Source: a virus (lineage: Duplodnaviria; Caudoviricetes). From it: a stretch of 64,000 nucleotides of DNA. Positions 35,838 through 44,654 of this stretch are shown piece by piece; within the stretch, counting starts at the first letter, position 1; each line of letters starts with the position of its first letter. A program made the position numbers and the translations under genes. The DNA lies in the IMG/VR virus record IMGVR_UViG_3300010352_001202. One strand, written 5' to 3'. The notes under the pieces were generated by a model that saw only the letters and a program-made list of their open reading frames with translations, searched no databases and had not been told where the DNA came from.

Positions 35838-36098
35838 ATGGTAAATCCAAATCACAATTGGCGGAACGATCCGGGAATTTCTTCTGTAGTAGAATATAAG
35901 AAGAGATTTGCATTCACACCGGTTAAATGTTCCGATGGGACACGCATTTGGTGGGAACCCTATTACGAAAAGTTTCTTACATGGTCTGCAGGGCATGGCA
36001 GAGTATTTAACGATGACGACGAATACGGTCACAGGGAATCTGTGGAGTATATTACTGAGGCAGATTACATAATCAGGAAGTTGTCCGAAACACTTTGA
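35838..36098 (+). CDS. hypothetical protein
   Basis: FAFTPVKCSDG.RIWW..YY; start refined past the terminator. Confidence 0.65.
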   Translation: MVNPNHNWRNDPGISSVVEYKKRFAFTPVKCSDGTRIWWEPYYEKFLTWSAGHGRVFNDDDEYGHRESVEYITEADYIIRKLSETL

Positions 36099-36123
36099 CA
36101 TTCTTATAACTACAGCGTAAAAT
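36095..36123 (+). promoter_or_regulatory. sigma70-type promoter TTGACA-17-TAAAAT
   Basis: Upstream of thyA. Confidence 0.75.
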
Positions 36124-36146
36124 CGTTTCGTAGTTAAGGGGTGTAC

Positions 36147-37013
36147 ATGCAAAATTTCGTTGATTTATTACAAGATATTCTACAGAATGGTGTAGACAAG
36201 TCAGACAGGACAGGAATCGGCTCACGCGCCGTATTCGGCCGTCAACTTCGCTGGGATCTAAGCGAAGGGTTTCCAATTTTAACAACTCGTAAGGTTCCGT
36301 TGCGCATAGCTTTTGAAGAGACTATGTTCTTTCTTCGCGGCCATACACAAACAAAGTTGCTAGAAGAAAAGAAAATTAATATCTGGAAGGGTAATACCTC
36401 TAGAGAGTTTCTAGATAATCGCGGACTAAATTATTTGCCCGAAGGAGATATGGGTAAAGGGTACGGATATCAATGGAGACACTGGGAATCGCCGGATCGT
36501 CTGTATGCAGGTAAGACAAATGAAATAGATCAAATTAAAGATCTATTAGAAGGCATTAGAAAAGATCCATTTGGTAGACGGCATGTTGTTACTGGCTGGA
36601 ACCCGGGGCAATTGCACGAAATGGCATTACCGCCATGCCACATGTTACATATGTATTCGGTTGATCCATTAGGCAAACTGCATACTTCATTTGTAATGCG
36701 TAGTAACGATGTTCCTTTTGGATTACCGTTCAATATTATGAGTTATGCACTTCTAAATCATATTTTTGCAAAACACCTGGGACTTATCCCGGGAGATTTA
36801 ATTTATATGGGTCATGATGTTCATATCTATCAGAATCAAATGGATATGGTTAAGGAACAGCTCACAAGAACTCCTAAAGCATTGCCTACACTCAATATTA
36901 AGAAAGATTTACCTACGCTAGAGGCCATTATGGATCTGCAATGGGAAGATGTTGAACTGATTGGATATGATCCACATCCTGATATCGCTAACAAGCCGGA
37001 GATGGCAAAATGA
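36147..37013 (+). CDS. thyA: thymidylate synthase
   Basis: DRTGIG, FPILTT, YGYQWR, MALPPCH, RSNDVPFGLPFNI..Y, DVHIY. Confidence 0.95.
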   Translation: MQNFVDLLQDILQNGVDKSDRTGIGSRAVFGRQLRWDLSEGFPILTTRKVPLRIAFEETMFFLRGHTQTKLLEEKKINIWKGNTSREFLDNRGLNYLPEGDMGKGYGYQWRHWESPDRLYAGKTNEIDQIKDLLEGIRKDPFGRRHVVTGWNPGQLHEMALPPCHMLHMYSVDPLGKLHTSFVMRSNDVPFGLPFNIMSYALLNHIFAKHLGLIPGDLIYMGHDVHIYQNQMDMVKEQLTRTPKALPTLNIKKDLPTLEAIMDLQWEDVELIGYDPHPDIANKPEMAK

Positions 37014-37330
37014 TCACAATGTCAAACGACCAAATTCTAAAAATTGCACTTCTTGATAAGTTGTTTGGCTCCGTAGATGTTACTACCCTGAAGGAATTTA
37101 CCGAATCTGAACAGGTTGTGGCAAAGCTAAAGGGCATAGATCAAAATCCAGAAATTTTTATGCATCTTATTAGAGAACACGATATGCTGACTCTGGATCT
37201 TGCAACCACAAAGGCCGATTTGGCGTCTCTAAAGGGAGATTTCTCGACATTGTTGAAAGCGTTGAACATGACTGTATTCAGCTATAGTCAGGATATGAAC
37301 AATTTAAAGCAAAAGCACAATGTCTATTAA
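37010..37330 (+). CDS. hypothetical coiled-coil protein
   Basis: 106-aa coupled ORF. Confidence 0.65.
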   Translation: MITMSNDQILKIALLDKLFGSVDVTTLKEFTESEQVVAKLKGIDQNPEIFMHLIREHDMLTLDLATTKADLASLKGDFSTLLKALNMTVFSYSQDMNNLKQKHNVY

Positions 37331-37405
37331 GCAGCGGATAAATACTTGTGTCACACAACGGTGACAACTTTTCAAAACTAATATCCGCTTAAGGAAGGAT
37401 TCAAA

Positions 37406-38086
37406 ATGTCATACAATAAAACCAAATGCGACCCCGAATTGGGTCAACAAGTTCATGCTCACCTCGTAAAGATGGGAGTAGAAACCCCGATGGGCGAAGA
37501 GCTCTTCGAAGATAGAAAAACTAAGATTGAAGAAATCGAAATTCATTTCGGTCAAATTATGAAAATCTTAGGACTTGATTTAACTGACGATAGCCTAATC
37601 GAAACACCAAAGCGTGTTGCCAAGATGTATGTAAACGAAATTTTCTGGGGTCTCGATTACGATGCATTCCCGAAATGTACAGCAGTCGACAACAAAATGT
37701 CTTATGACGAGATGGTTGTCGAAAGAAATGTAAATGTACAATCAAATTGCGAACACCACTTCGTTGTTATCGACGGGCTTGCCACAGTCGCTTATATTCC
37801 AAATAAGAAAGTCTTAGGATTATCTAAGATCAACCGCATCGTTGAATATTTCAGCAAGCGTCCGCAGATCCAGGAAAGACTTACAGAACAAATCTACCAT
37901 GCACTCCAGCATATCCTTGACACAGACAATATCGGTGTCGTAATCCATGCACAGCATTTCTGTGTAAAGAGCAGAGGTGTCGAAGATACAGGTTCCAGTA
38001 CAATCACTAGTAAACTAGGCGGTGTGTTTAAGACCGACCCCAATGTTCGTACCGAATTTATGAGGTTAGTGTCTGTAAAGGAATAA
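37406..38086 (+). CDS. folE: GTP cyclohydrolase I
   Basis: [44 protein letters not shown]. Confidence 0.95.
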   Translation: MSYNKTKCDPELGQQVHAHLVKMGVETPMGEELFEDRKTKIEEIEIHFGQIMKILGLDLTDDSLIETPKRVAKMYVNEIFWGLDYDAFPKCTAVDNKMSYDEMVVERNVNVQSNCEHHFVVIDGLATVAYIPNKKVLGLSKINRIVEYFSKRPQIQERLTEQIYHALQHILDTDNIGVVIHAQHFCVKSRGVEDTGSSTITSKLGGVFKTDPNVRTEFMRLVSVKE

Positions 38087-38088
38087 TA

Positions 38089-38448
38089 ATGGACCAAGTC
38101 GACACATTTAACAGATTGAAAAGAATTCCCTTTTCGGAAATGGCTGAAAAAATAGATATACGAAATTTTGCTGCACCAATTGCACCTGTATACAAGCTAG
38201 GGCAATTGACTGTAGAATCTTCACAATACTATAATAGAGAATTGACCATACATTATTGGAGAATAAAAACATTCGAAGATAATGGCTGGACTTTTGAAGA
38301 TTTTATGCTAGAGTCCGAAAAGAAAGCTATCAAAGAGCAGATAGCTGAATTTAATACTGAAAATCAGATACCGCAAGCATTAATTGATAGGGCTAAAGTA
38401 TTCTTTCCTAATGTTAAATTTGTCCACGCAAGTGTAGAATTGGAGTAA
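38089..38448 (+). CDS. hypothetical protein
   Basis: 119-aa ORF between folE and queD. Confidence 0.65.
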   Translation: MDQVDTFNRLKRIPFSEMAEKIDIRNFAAPIAPVYKLGQLTVESSQYYNRELTIHYWRIKTFEDNGWTFEDFMLESEKKAIKEQIAEFNTENQIPQALIDRAKVFFPNVKFVHASVELE

Positions 38449-38450
38449 TC

Positions 38451-38900
38451 ATGGGAAAATTTGTATCAACAAAAACATATAGTTCCGAAAGAGGATATGC
38501 AGTTGCTTATCGTCAGTGGCGTGCAGAAAGCCATTGCCGTCTAATCCACGGTTATGCATTAAGCTTCTATCTAGAGTTTGAATCTGAAACTGTAGATGTA
38601 AGAAACTGGGTTGTAGACTTCGGATCATTGAAATCATTCAAGGATTTCCTCGATGACACATTCGATCATACAATGCTAGTTGCGCAGGATGATCCCGAGT
38701 TTAAGACATTCGAAATGCTTCACGAAAAGAAGCTTTGCAAGATGGTTGTAGTTGAGCGAACCGGGTGCGAAGGATTAAGTAAGTTCTTGCATGAATATGT
38801 AAACGAGATTTGGCTGCCCGAAAACGGCTATTCTGGTGTCCACTGCAGGAAAGTAGTTGTATCCGAAACACCCGCTAACTCTGCGTGGTACGAAGGCTGA
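38451..38900 (+). CDS. queD: 6-carboxy-tetrahydropterin synthase / PTPS family
   Basis: HCRLIHGY, WVVDFGSLK, FDH, SETPANSAWY. Confidence 0.85.
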   Translation: MGKFVSTKTYSSERGYAVAYRQWRAESHCRLIHGYALSFYLEFESETVDVRNWVVDFGSLKSFKDFLDDTFDHTMLVAQDDPEFKTFEMLHEKKLCKMVVVERTGCEGLSKFLHEYVNEIWLPENGYSGVHCRKVVVSETPANSAWYEG

Positions 38901-38901
38901 T

Positions 38902-39165
38902 ATGGCTGTAACAGAAGTTCGCGGAGTACACGGAATTGTAGGTTATCTACACGAAGTTGAATGCAATGAGCCTCATAGCATTCTTATCTTTCAATTACCG
39001 AGAGAAACAAAATTCTTGAGCGATACTTATGTTAAGGGGGCAATGGATTCTGTCACAAAATCCTTGCCCGCTGGCAGGACTGCTTTAATCATCGGCTGTG
39101 ATGTAAATGTATATGAATTGGCAGAAGCCGATGCTATAATACTAAAGCTAAAAGGCCTCGTCTGA
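38902..39165 (+). CDS. hypothetical protein
   Basis: Start refined to ATG 38902. Confidence 0.6.
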   Translation: MAVTEVRGVHGIVGYLHEVECNEPHSILIFQLPRETKFLSDTYVKGAMDSVTKSLPAGRTALIIGCDVNVYELAEADAIILKLKGLV

Positions 39166-39183
39166 AAATCAGGTAAATAATAG

Positions 39184-40974
39184 ATGATATTCGCACTGCT
39201 AACTTTATTAGCAGCCTTAGCATTGGCTGCTGTCGCTGGATGGTTTTCTATTGTAGGATTTATGGCAATTTATGCCGGAGCTCCTATGTATGCCCTCATC
39301 ATGGGTGTGGTCACAGAGTGTGCCAAGCTGGTAACAACCAGTTGGGTTTACCGAAACTGGGAACATGCTGGGTGGCGATTAAAAGGACCACTCATTTATT
39401 TCACCCTAGCCCTAATGACTGCCACCAGCATTGGGGTTTTTGGCTTTTTATCAAAGGCACACTTAGAACAAGGTGCTGGCACAATTGATAATTCAGCTAA
39501 GATCGAACAACTTCAGTATCAAATTGAGCGAGAGAAAGCAACAATCACTGATAATGAAAAGCTTACAAAGCAATTAGATGATACTGTTAATTCGTTATTA
39601 GGAAAAGATAGAGCTGACCGTGCTTTGTCGGTAAGAAAGAGCCAGGCCGCTCAACGCACCCAGTTGCGTAATGATACAGCAGAAGCACAAAAGAGAATTG
39701 ACGGCATAAATGCTGAAAAGTTCAAACTCGAATCCGAAGTTAGAAAGCAACAATTGGATGTAGGTCCAATTCGGTACATTGCTGAATTATTTTACGGCGC
39801 TACCAATGACACAGGTAAGAATATAGAGACTGCTGTTCGAATCTTTACCTTACTTCTTGTGTCGACACTTGACCCTCTTGCTGTTATATTGTTAGTTGCG
39901 GCAAATCACACATTAATGCGGTTACGGAATGAGAAAGACACGAAAACCCAAAAAGAAGAGCCTGCTAGACAAGCTGGACATGACAACATTCCCGAAACTG
40001 ACACGCCAGACAGCCAAGCATTTGTTGAAGGCCCAATCATACTTCCGGACTTTGGTTTTAAAGACACCGACAATGCGGCGAATAATAGCGCACCAAGCAC
40101 AGAGACATCCAAAACCGAGATACATGTTCCGTTACCTCAGGAAACTGTGGGATTACTAGATGAGATTGAAGAAGTCATTGAGGAAAAGGTTAGAGATATT
40201 CCAGTCGAAACATTACCACATACAATCGTGGTGGCCGACCCGCCTGCGAATGATTCGTTATATGAAGACTCCGAAGAATCAACCGCCCCCGAGGCCGATC
40301 CGGAACCGAGGTTACAAGACGAAGAGGTAATCGATGAAGAAGAACTCGGTATGGTACCGACTACAATACAGGAAGAAGATATTCAGGATATTTTGGCACC
40401 AACCCTCAATTGTGAGGATCCGGAAGAAGAAATTAATATTACAACCTCACCGAAAGTTCCCAAGATACAAAGTGAAGGCAATGTAAATGAGATTGAAGCG
40501 TCAGTATTGGAGAAATTTCAACCAAAAATTACAACGACACCTATTGCCGGCGCAATTTCGCCTATACCTACAAGTGTTATCAGGCCGCAAACCGCAATCA
40601 GCACTGAGATCGAAGAAATTCCCTCGTTATCGACACCTAAGATAAAAGAAGTCCCGGATGCAAAACAACCATGGGCACAGAATGAAGCTATCCTAAGAGA
40701 AATATTAGGTGCAAGACCACATTTTATTCCACAAAAAGTAAATGAAGAAGAAAAGCCTGCAATTGTTCACCCATCCGAAACCGGCAAGACGGATTCCGAG
40801 ATTGAGACCGGGATCCAGATTGAAGAAGAAGCTAAAGAAATACATACCGAAGCACCGGGAACAGATAAAGGTTCGGATGACGCGTCGAGCAATCGCAATG
40901 AAGGCACTTTTCGGGTCGCCGATAATAAGTATCCTAAAGCATTGAGCTGGTTATCCGAATTTAAGAGGGCATAA
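39184..40974 (+). CDS. membrane protein with coiled coil and long acidic low-complexity tail
   Basis: Three N-terminal TMs, coiled coil, VGPIRYIAE, TM with DPLAV, Glu/Pro-rich tail; box GGTAAATA 4 nt upstream. Confidence 0.75.
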   Translation: MIFALLTLLAALALAAVAGWFSIVGFMAIYAGAPMYALIMGVVTECAKLVTTSWVYRNWEHAGWRLKGPLIYFTLALMTATSIGVFGFLSKAHLEQGAGTIDNSAKIEQLQYQIEREKATITDNEKLTKQLDDTVNSLLGKDRADRALSVRKSQAAQRTQLRNDTAEAQKRIDGINAEKFKLESEVRKQQLDVGPIRYIAELFYGATNDTGKNIETAVRIFTLLLVSTLDPLAVILLVAANHTLMRLRNEKDTKTQKEEPARQAGHDNIPETDTPDSQAFVEGPIILPDFGFKDTDNAANNSAPSTETSKTEIHVPLPQETVGLLDEIEEVIEEKVRDIPVETLPHTIVVADPPANDSLYEDSEESTAPEADPEPRLQDEEVIDEEELGMVPTTIQEEDIQDILAPTLNCEDPEEEINITTSPKVPKIQSEGNVNEIEASVLEKFQPKITTTPIAGAISPIPTSVIRPQTAISTEIEEIPSLSTPKIKEVPDAKQPWAQNEAILREILGARPHFIPQKVNEEEKPAIVHPSETGKTDSEIETGIQIEEEAKEIHTEAPGTDKGSDDASSNRNEGTFRVADNKYPKALSWLSEFKRA

Positions 40975-40975
40975 C

Positions 40976-42205
40976 ATGAGTGAAAACGAAGACAGCGGCA
41001 TTAAGAAACTAATACATTGTTCTTTTTGCAATAAGAGTCGCAATCAAGTTGAACAAATGGTGGAAGGTCCCGAAATAGGTGGTAAGAATATATACATCTG
41101 CAACGAGTGTGTTGATGTCTCTTATAATATTCTTCATACTGAAGAAAAACTACCTAAAAAGAGAAAAGAAAAGATACCGACCCCTGAGCAAATTAAAGCA
41201 CATCTCGACGAATACATTATCGGACAGGATTCTGCTAAGATTGCTATTTCAGTAGCAGTCTATAATCATTACAAGCGTATCAATAACACAGCAAAGACCG
41301 AGATTGAAAAATCTAATTTACTTATGGTTGGTTCATCCGGCAGTGGTAAGACTTTAACTGTTAAGACCATAGCTACTTTATTCGATCTTCCTTATGTTAT
41401 TGCTGATGCAACATCGTTAACTGAAGCAGGGTATGTCGGCGAAGATGTAGAAAATCTTATTAAGCGTCTCATACAGAACGCCGATGATGATTTGGAAAAA
41501 GCAAGTAGGGGAATTATCTTCATCGACGAAATAGATAAGAAAAGTCGTCGCAGCGAATCTGCTACTGTAGGTAGAGATGTCTCCGGAGAAGGTGTTCAGC
41601 AAGCTCTGTTAAAACTCATTGAAGGGACAGTCATTAAGGTCGAAGATGGTTATGAAGAACCAGTTGATTTTGATACAAAAGATGTTCTCTTTATTTGCAG
41701 CGGTGCATTTGTTGGTTTAGATGAGGTTATTAGAAAGAATCGTTCTAAAGCCGGCATCGGAATTGGTGCAACACTAACAACAAAGGTTCCGTTTTCGCAG
41801 ACAGCCAAGTTAGCTACTCCAGAAGACTTTATCAAGTATGGACTAATTCCGGAATTTGTAGGTCGTCATCCTGTTACTGTTGTTTTTGATGATTTAACAC
41901 CTGAAATGATGTTACGAATTCTAAAAGAACCTAAGAATAGTATTGTTAGCCAGTTTAAAGCTCTATTTAAATATGAAGGCGTTACTTTAGAGTTCGATGA
42001 TAAATACCTACTGAATGTAGCAGAAGAATGTCTGAAGCAAAAAGTCGGAGCAAGAGGGCTTCGATCGATTATGGAGAGAGATCTCCAGGCAACACAGTTT
42101 ATTCTGCCGAGATTAGCAAAGGAAGGCGTCAACAAGATTTTTGTTGACGAACAAGGTAAGACTAAACATGTATACAAGGCAAAGAAACGAGCAAACAATG
42201 AGTAA
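40976..42205 (+). CDS. clpX: ATP-dependent Clp protease ATP-binding subunit
   Basis: C4 Zn domain CSFC...CNEC, GSSGSGKT, AGYVGED, IFIDEIDK, RDVSGEGVQQALLK, GARGLR. Confidence 0.95.
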   Translation: MSENEDSGIKKLIHCSFCNKSRNQVEQMVEGPEIGGKNIYICNECVDVSYNILHTEEKLPKKRKEKIPTPEQIKAHLDEYIIGQDSAKIAISVAVYNHYKRINNTAKTEIEKSNLLMVGSSGSGKTLTVKTIATLFDLPYVIADATSLTEAGYVGEDVENLIKRLIQNADDDLEKASRGIIFIDEIDKKSRRSESATVGRDVSGEGVQQALLKLIEGTVIKVEDGYEEPVDFDTKDVLFICSGAFVGLDEVIRKNRSKAGIGIGATLTTKVPFSQTAKLATPEDFIKYGLIPEFVGRHPVTVVFDDLTPEMMLRILKEPKNSIVSQFKALFKYEGVTLEFDDKYLLNVAEECLKQKVGARGLRSIMERDLQATQFILPRLAKEGVNKIFVDEQGKTKHVYKAKKRANNE

Positions 42206-42461
42206 TCACGGAAGATACGGCGAAAAGAGACATAGGGGCTTAACTGTAGAAGTCAGAAACGACGATCTCGGAAGAGCATTGCGTACTTGGTCTAAGAAAG
42301 TTCAGGATTCTGGACTGCTAAAGGAAGTAAAAGACCGAATGGCTTACGAAAAGCCTGCTGTTGAAAGACAAAGACTCAAGAAACAAGCTCGTAAGCGTTG
42401 GGAACGCACAGTCGAAGAGATGATCGAGACTGGTCGTTGGCATAAAGACCGTCCTTATTAA
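42198..42461 (+). CDS. rpsU: 30S ribosomal protein bS21
   Basis: V.VRNDDLGRALR...KKV...GLLKEVK.R..YEKP..ER..K..ARKR. Confidence 0.88.
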   Translation: MSNHGRYGEKRHRGLTVEVRNDDLGRALRTWSKKVQDSGLLKEVKDRMAYEKPAVERQRLKKQARKRWERTVEEMIETGRWHKDRPY

Positions 42462-42487
42462 TCTAGAGCAACAAAACCGGTTATACT

Positions 42488-42523
42488 AAAAGGCTTGACA
42501 ACTCAAGCCTTTTCCTTTATAGT
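42488..42523 (+). promoter_or_regulatory. terminator-like hairpin that contains the -35 of promoter TTGACA-17-TATAGT
   Basis: AAAAGGCTTGA-CAAC-TCAAGCCTTTT; -35 at 42495-42500, -10 at 42518-42523. Confidence 0.75.
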
Positions 42524-42565
42524 GTCTATTGTACTGAAAGTACACACAACCTAAAGGAAAACACA

Positions 42566-43741
42566 ATGAAGAAGAGTCTTCTTGCCCTAGCGGCAATGCT
42601 ATGTATGGGGGCGTCCTACGCTACCGTCACAACTAGCACAGCAGTTGCCGGTGCCGCCGCAGGTGCGGTGTCTACATCAGGTGCTACTGCCGGTGCCGCC
42701 GTAACAGGTTCCGGCAATAGCAACGCAACCGGTGGTGCTGTCGTCGGTTCTGGTAACAGTTCCAACGACAATCGTTCGTCTGCAACCGGTGGTTCGGTTG
42801 GAAATGTTGCCGGTGGCGCTGCAACCAACACCAACAACATTGGTACTGCCAGTGGTTCCAATTCGCGTTCATTGAGCCCGGAAGCAAACGCCAATAGCAC
42901 CAACCTGAACACCAACGCTAACACAAGCGTTAACACCAATACTGCTGCACAAGGTCAGCAACAAGGTCAGATGCAAGGTCAGATGCAAGGTATTGCTGGT
43001 TCTGGTAACAGCACCAACAGCAACACTGTCCAAGGCAGTACACAATCGCAAACTTCCACTTCGGGTGTAAGCGGTTCTGGTAACAGCACCATTGCTGATG
43101 GCGCAGTTCGCAACAGCAACACCGTTACTGGCACCAATACCATTGCTGATGGCGCAGTTCGCAACACTGTTTCGACGGGTTCGCAGACTGTAACCACAAC
43201 TGGTACGGTCGGTGATGTGGCTGGTGGTTCTTCTACCGCTACTATCGCATCCGGCGCGGTGAGCAACAGTCTCACAAATGGTTCGGCTACTTCTGGTAAC
43301 ACCCAGAACATCACGCTGAACACTTTCGACCCTAACTCTGCTGCAACAACCAGAGCCCTGGGCGACACCGAAATTAGCGTGGCACAAATCAATGCTGCCG
43401 CAGCTAAGGAAGTTGCTGCTATCAATGCACAAGCATTGAAGGATGCAGCCAACCAGAAGATCCGCAATACTCCGTCTGTCAACGGTCCTCCGCTGACTTC
43501 CAGCAACGACACCTGCATGGGTTCGGCATCTGGTTCGGTGAACTTGCCTGGATTTGGTTTGGGCGTTGGTAAGACCTACACGGATACAAACTGTGTGCGT
43601 CTGAAGAACAGCCGTGAACTCTGGAACATGGGCATGAAGGCTGCTGCTCTTGCGCTGATGTGCAAGGACGAGGAAAATCGCGAAGCACTTGAAGTGACTG
43701 GCTATACCTGCCCGGTTGCTGCTGCTAAGAAGGCCGAGTAA
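42566..43741 (+). CDS. secreted low-complexity Ser/Thr/Gly/Asn-repeat protein with Cys-containing C-terminal domain
   Basis: Signal peptide MKKSLLALAAMLCMGASYA; GSGNS x4, QGQ repeats; C-terminal DTCMGS...CVRLKNSREL...LMC. Confidence 0.8.
   Translation: MKKSLLALAAMLCMGASYATVTTSTAVAGAAAGAVSTSGATAGAAVTGSGNSNATGGAVVGSGNSSNDNRSSATGGSVGNVAGGAATNTNNIGTASGSNSRSLSPEANANSTNLNTNANTSVNTNTAAQGQQQGQMQGQMQGIAGSGNSTNSNTVQGSTQSQTSTSGVSGSGNSTIADGAVRNSNTVTGTNTIADGAVRNTVSTGSQTVTTTGTVGDVAGGSSTATIASGAVSNSLTNGSATSGNTQNITLNTFDPNSAATTRALGDTEISVAQINAAAAKEVAAINAQALKDAANQKIRNTPSVNGPPLTSSNDTCMGSASGSVNLPGFGLGVGKTYTDTNCVRLKNSRELWNMGMKAAALALMCKDEENREALEVTGYTCPVAAAKKAE
43088..43166 (+). repeat. 28-bp exact direct repeat, 51-bp period (TIADGAVRN x2)
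   Basis: ACCATTGCTGATGGCGCAGTTCGCAACA at 43088-43115 and 43139-43166. Confidence 0.9.
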
Positions 43742-43753
43742 AGGAGACACGCC

Positions 43754-44203
43754 ATGAGAAATCTAATCATCATGGCGGCTCTGGCAGTTTCTACAACTGC
43801 TTTTGCTGCCGAAGTAAATCTTGGTAAGGCAGTGCTTGGTTCTGGTACACCTGTTTACAATGCATCTGGCGTTGAAAATGCTGTAATCGTGGATAATGCG
43901 AAGGTTGAGAACAACATCTTTCATGTTCCACAATACATGCCCAATCACCCAACTGCTGCTACTATCTATCCGCGTGTAATGGAAGTTCCTTGCACAAAGG
44001 AAGGTGAAAAACTGAAGTGTGCCAGCTACAATTGGACACCTGCAATGGGCCGTGGTGAATATTTGTTCATTACACCTAAGGTAGCTGAGGCTCCCAAGCC
44101 GGTTGCTATCCCTGTGCCGATGGTAGTGACTATCACTAAGGAAGTTCCGGGCCCTGTCCGCGAAGTCTTTATTGAAGTACCTGCGAAGAAGAAAGGCGAG
44201 TAA
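43754..44203 (+). CDS. secreted hypothetical protein
   Basis: Signal peptide ending AFA; SD AAGGAG. Confidence 0.8.
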   Translation: MRNLIIMAALAVSTTAFAAEVNLGKAVLGSGTPVYNASGVENAVIVDNAKVENNIFHVPQYMPNHPTAATIYPRVMEVPCTKEGEKLKCASYNWTPAMGRGEYLFITPKVAEAPKPVAIPVPMVVTITKEVPGPVREVFIEVPAKKKGE

Positions 44204-44214
44204 TATCGCAACAC

Positions 44215-44240
44215 AGAAGGCCGGATGATCCGGCCTTCTT
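44215..44240 (+). terminator. hairpin terminator
   Basis: AGAAGGCCGGA-TGA-TCCGGCCTTCT. Confidence 0.7.
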
Positions 44241-44241
44241 C

Positions 44242-44616
44242 ATGGATAAAAATATGTCAGTTATCGTATCTATTGCATTAGCCACTATCTGCTTTACCTA
44301 CAACGGTACAGAGGAGTGTCATCCGGCACTTTTAGGCAAAAATATACCTACTCCTGTTGGTGAATTCACAATGCGCAAGCGTATTACAAAGGACCCTGGA
44401 TACGGAGGCGATGTTTTACAGTTCCATGAGAACGATCATATGGTGTTTGCCATCCACCGTGTCTGGCTACTGAAGCCAGAACAAAGAAGAATGGACCGAT
44501 TAAGAAGTAAAAATGTAAATGATAGGTTTATTAGTTCGGGTTGTATCAATCTCGAGCCCGTTGTTTACGACAAATTAATGGATTGTTGCTCCAGTGAGCA
44601 GTTAATTATCAAATAG
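44242..44616 (+). CDS. L,D-transpeptidase-like (YkuD fold) protein
   Basis: LLGKNIPTPVGEF, FAIHRV...ISSGCIN (H...SxGC). Confidence 0.75.
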   Translation: MDKNMSVIVSIALATICFTYNGTEECHPALLGKNIPTPVGEFTMRKRITKDPGYGGDVLQFHENDHMVFAIHRVWLLKPEQRRMDRLRSKNVNDRFISSGCINLEPVVYDKLMDCCSSEQLIIK

Positions 44617-44619
44617 ACA

Positions 44620-44654
44620 GATAAATATGTGTAATCAAGGAGATTACACATATG
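44620..44654 (+). promoter_or_regulatory. late box overlapped by a 12-bp hairpin that sequesters the RBS and start codon
   Basis: GATAAATA at 44620-44627; ATATGTGTAATC-AAGGA-GATTACACATAT at 44625-44653. Confidence 0.8.

Noticed and set aside
42869-43750. 293-aa and 179-aa antisense ORFs
   Set aside because: Shadow of the low-complexity secreted protein; no independent signals.
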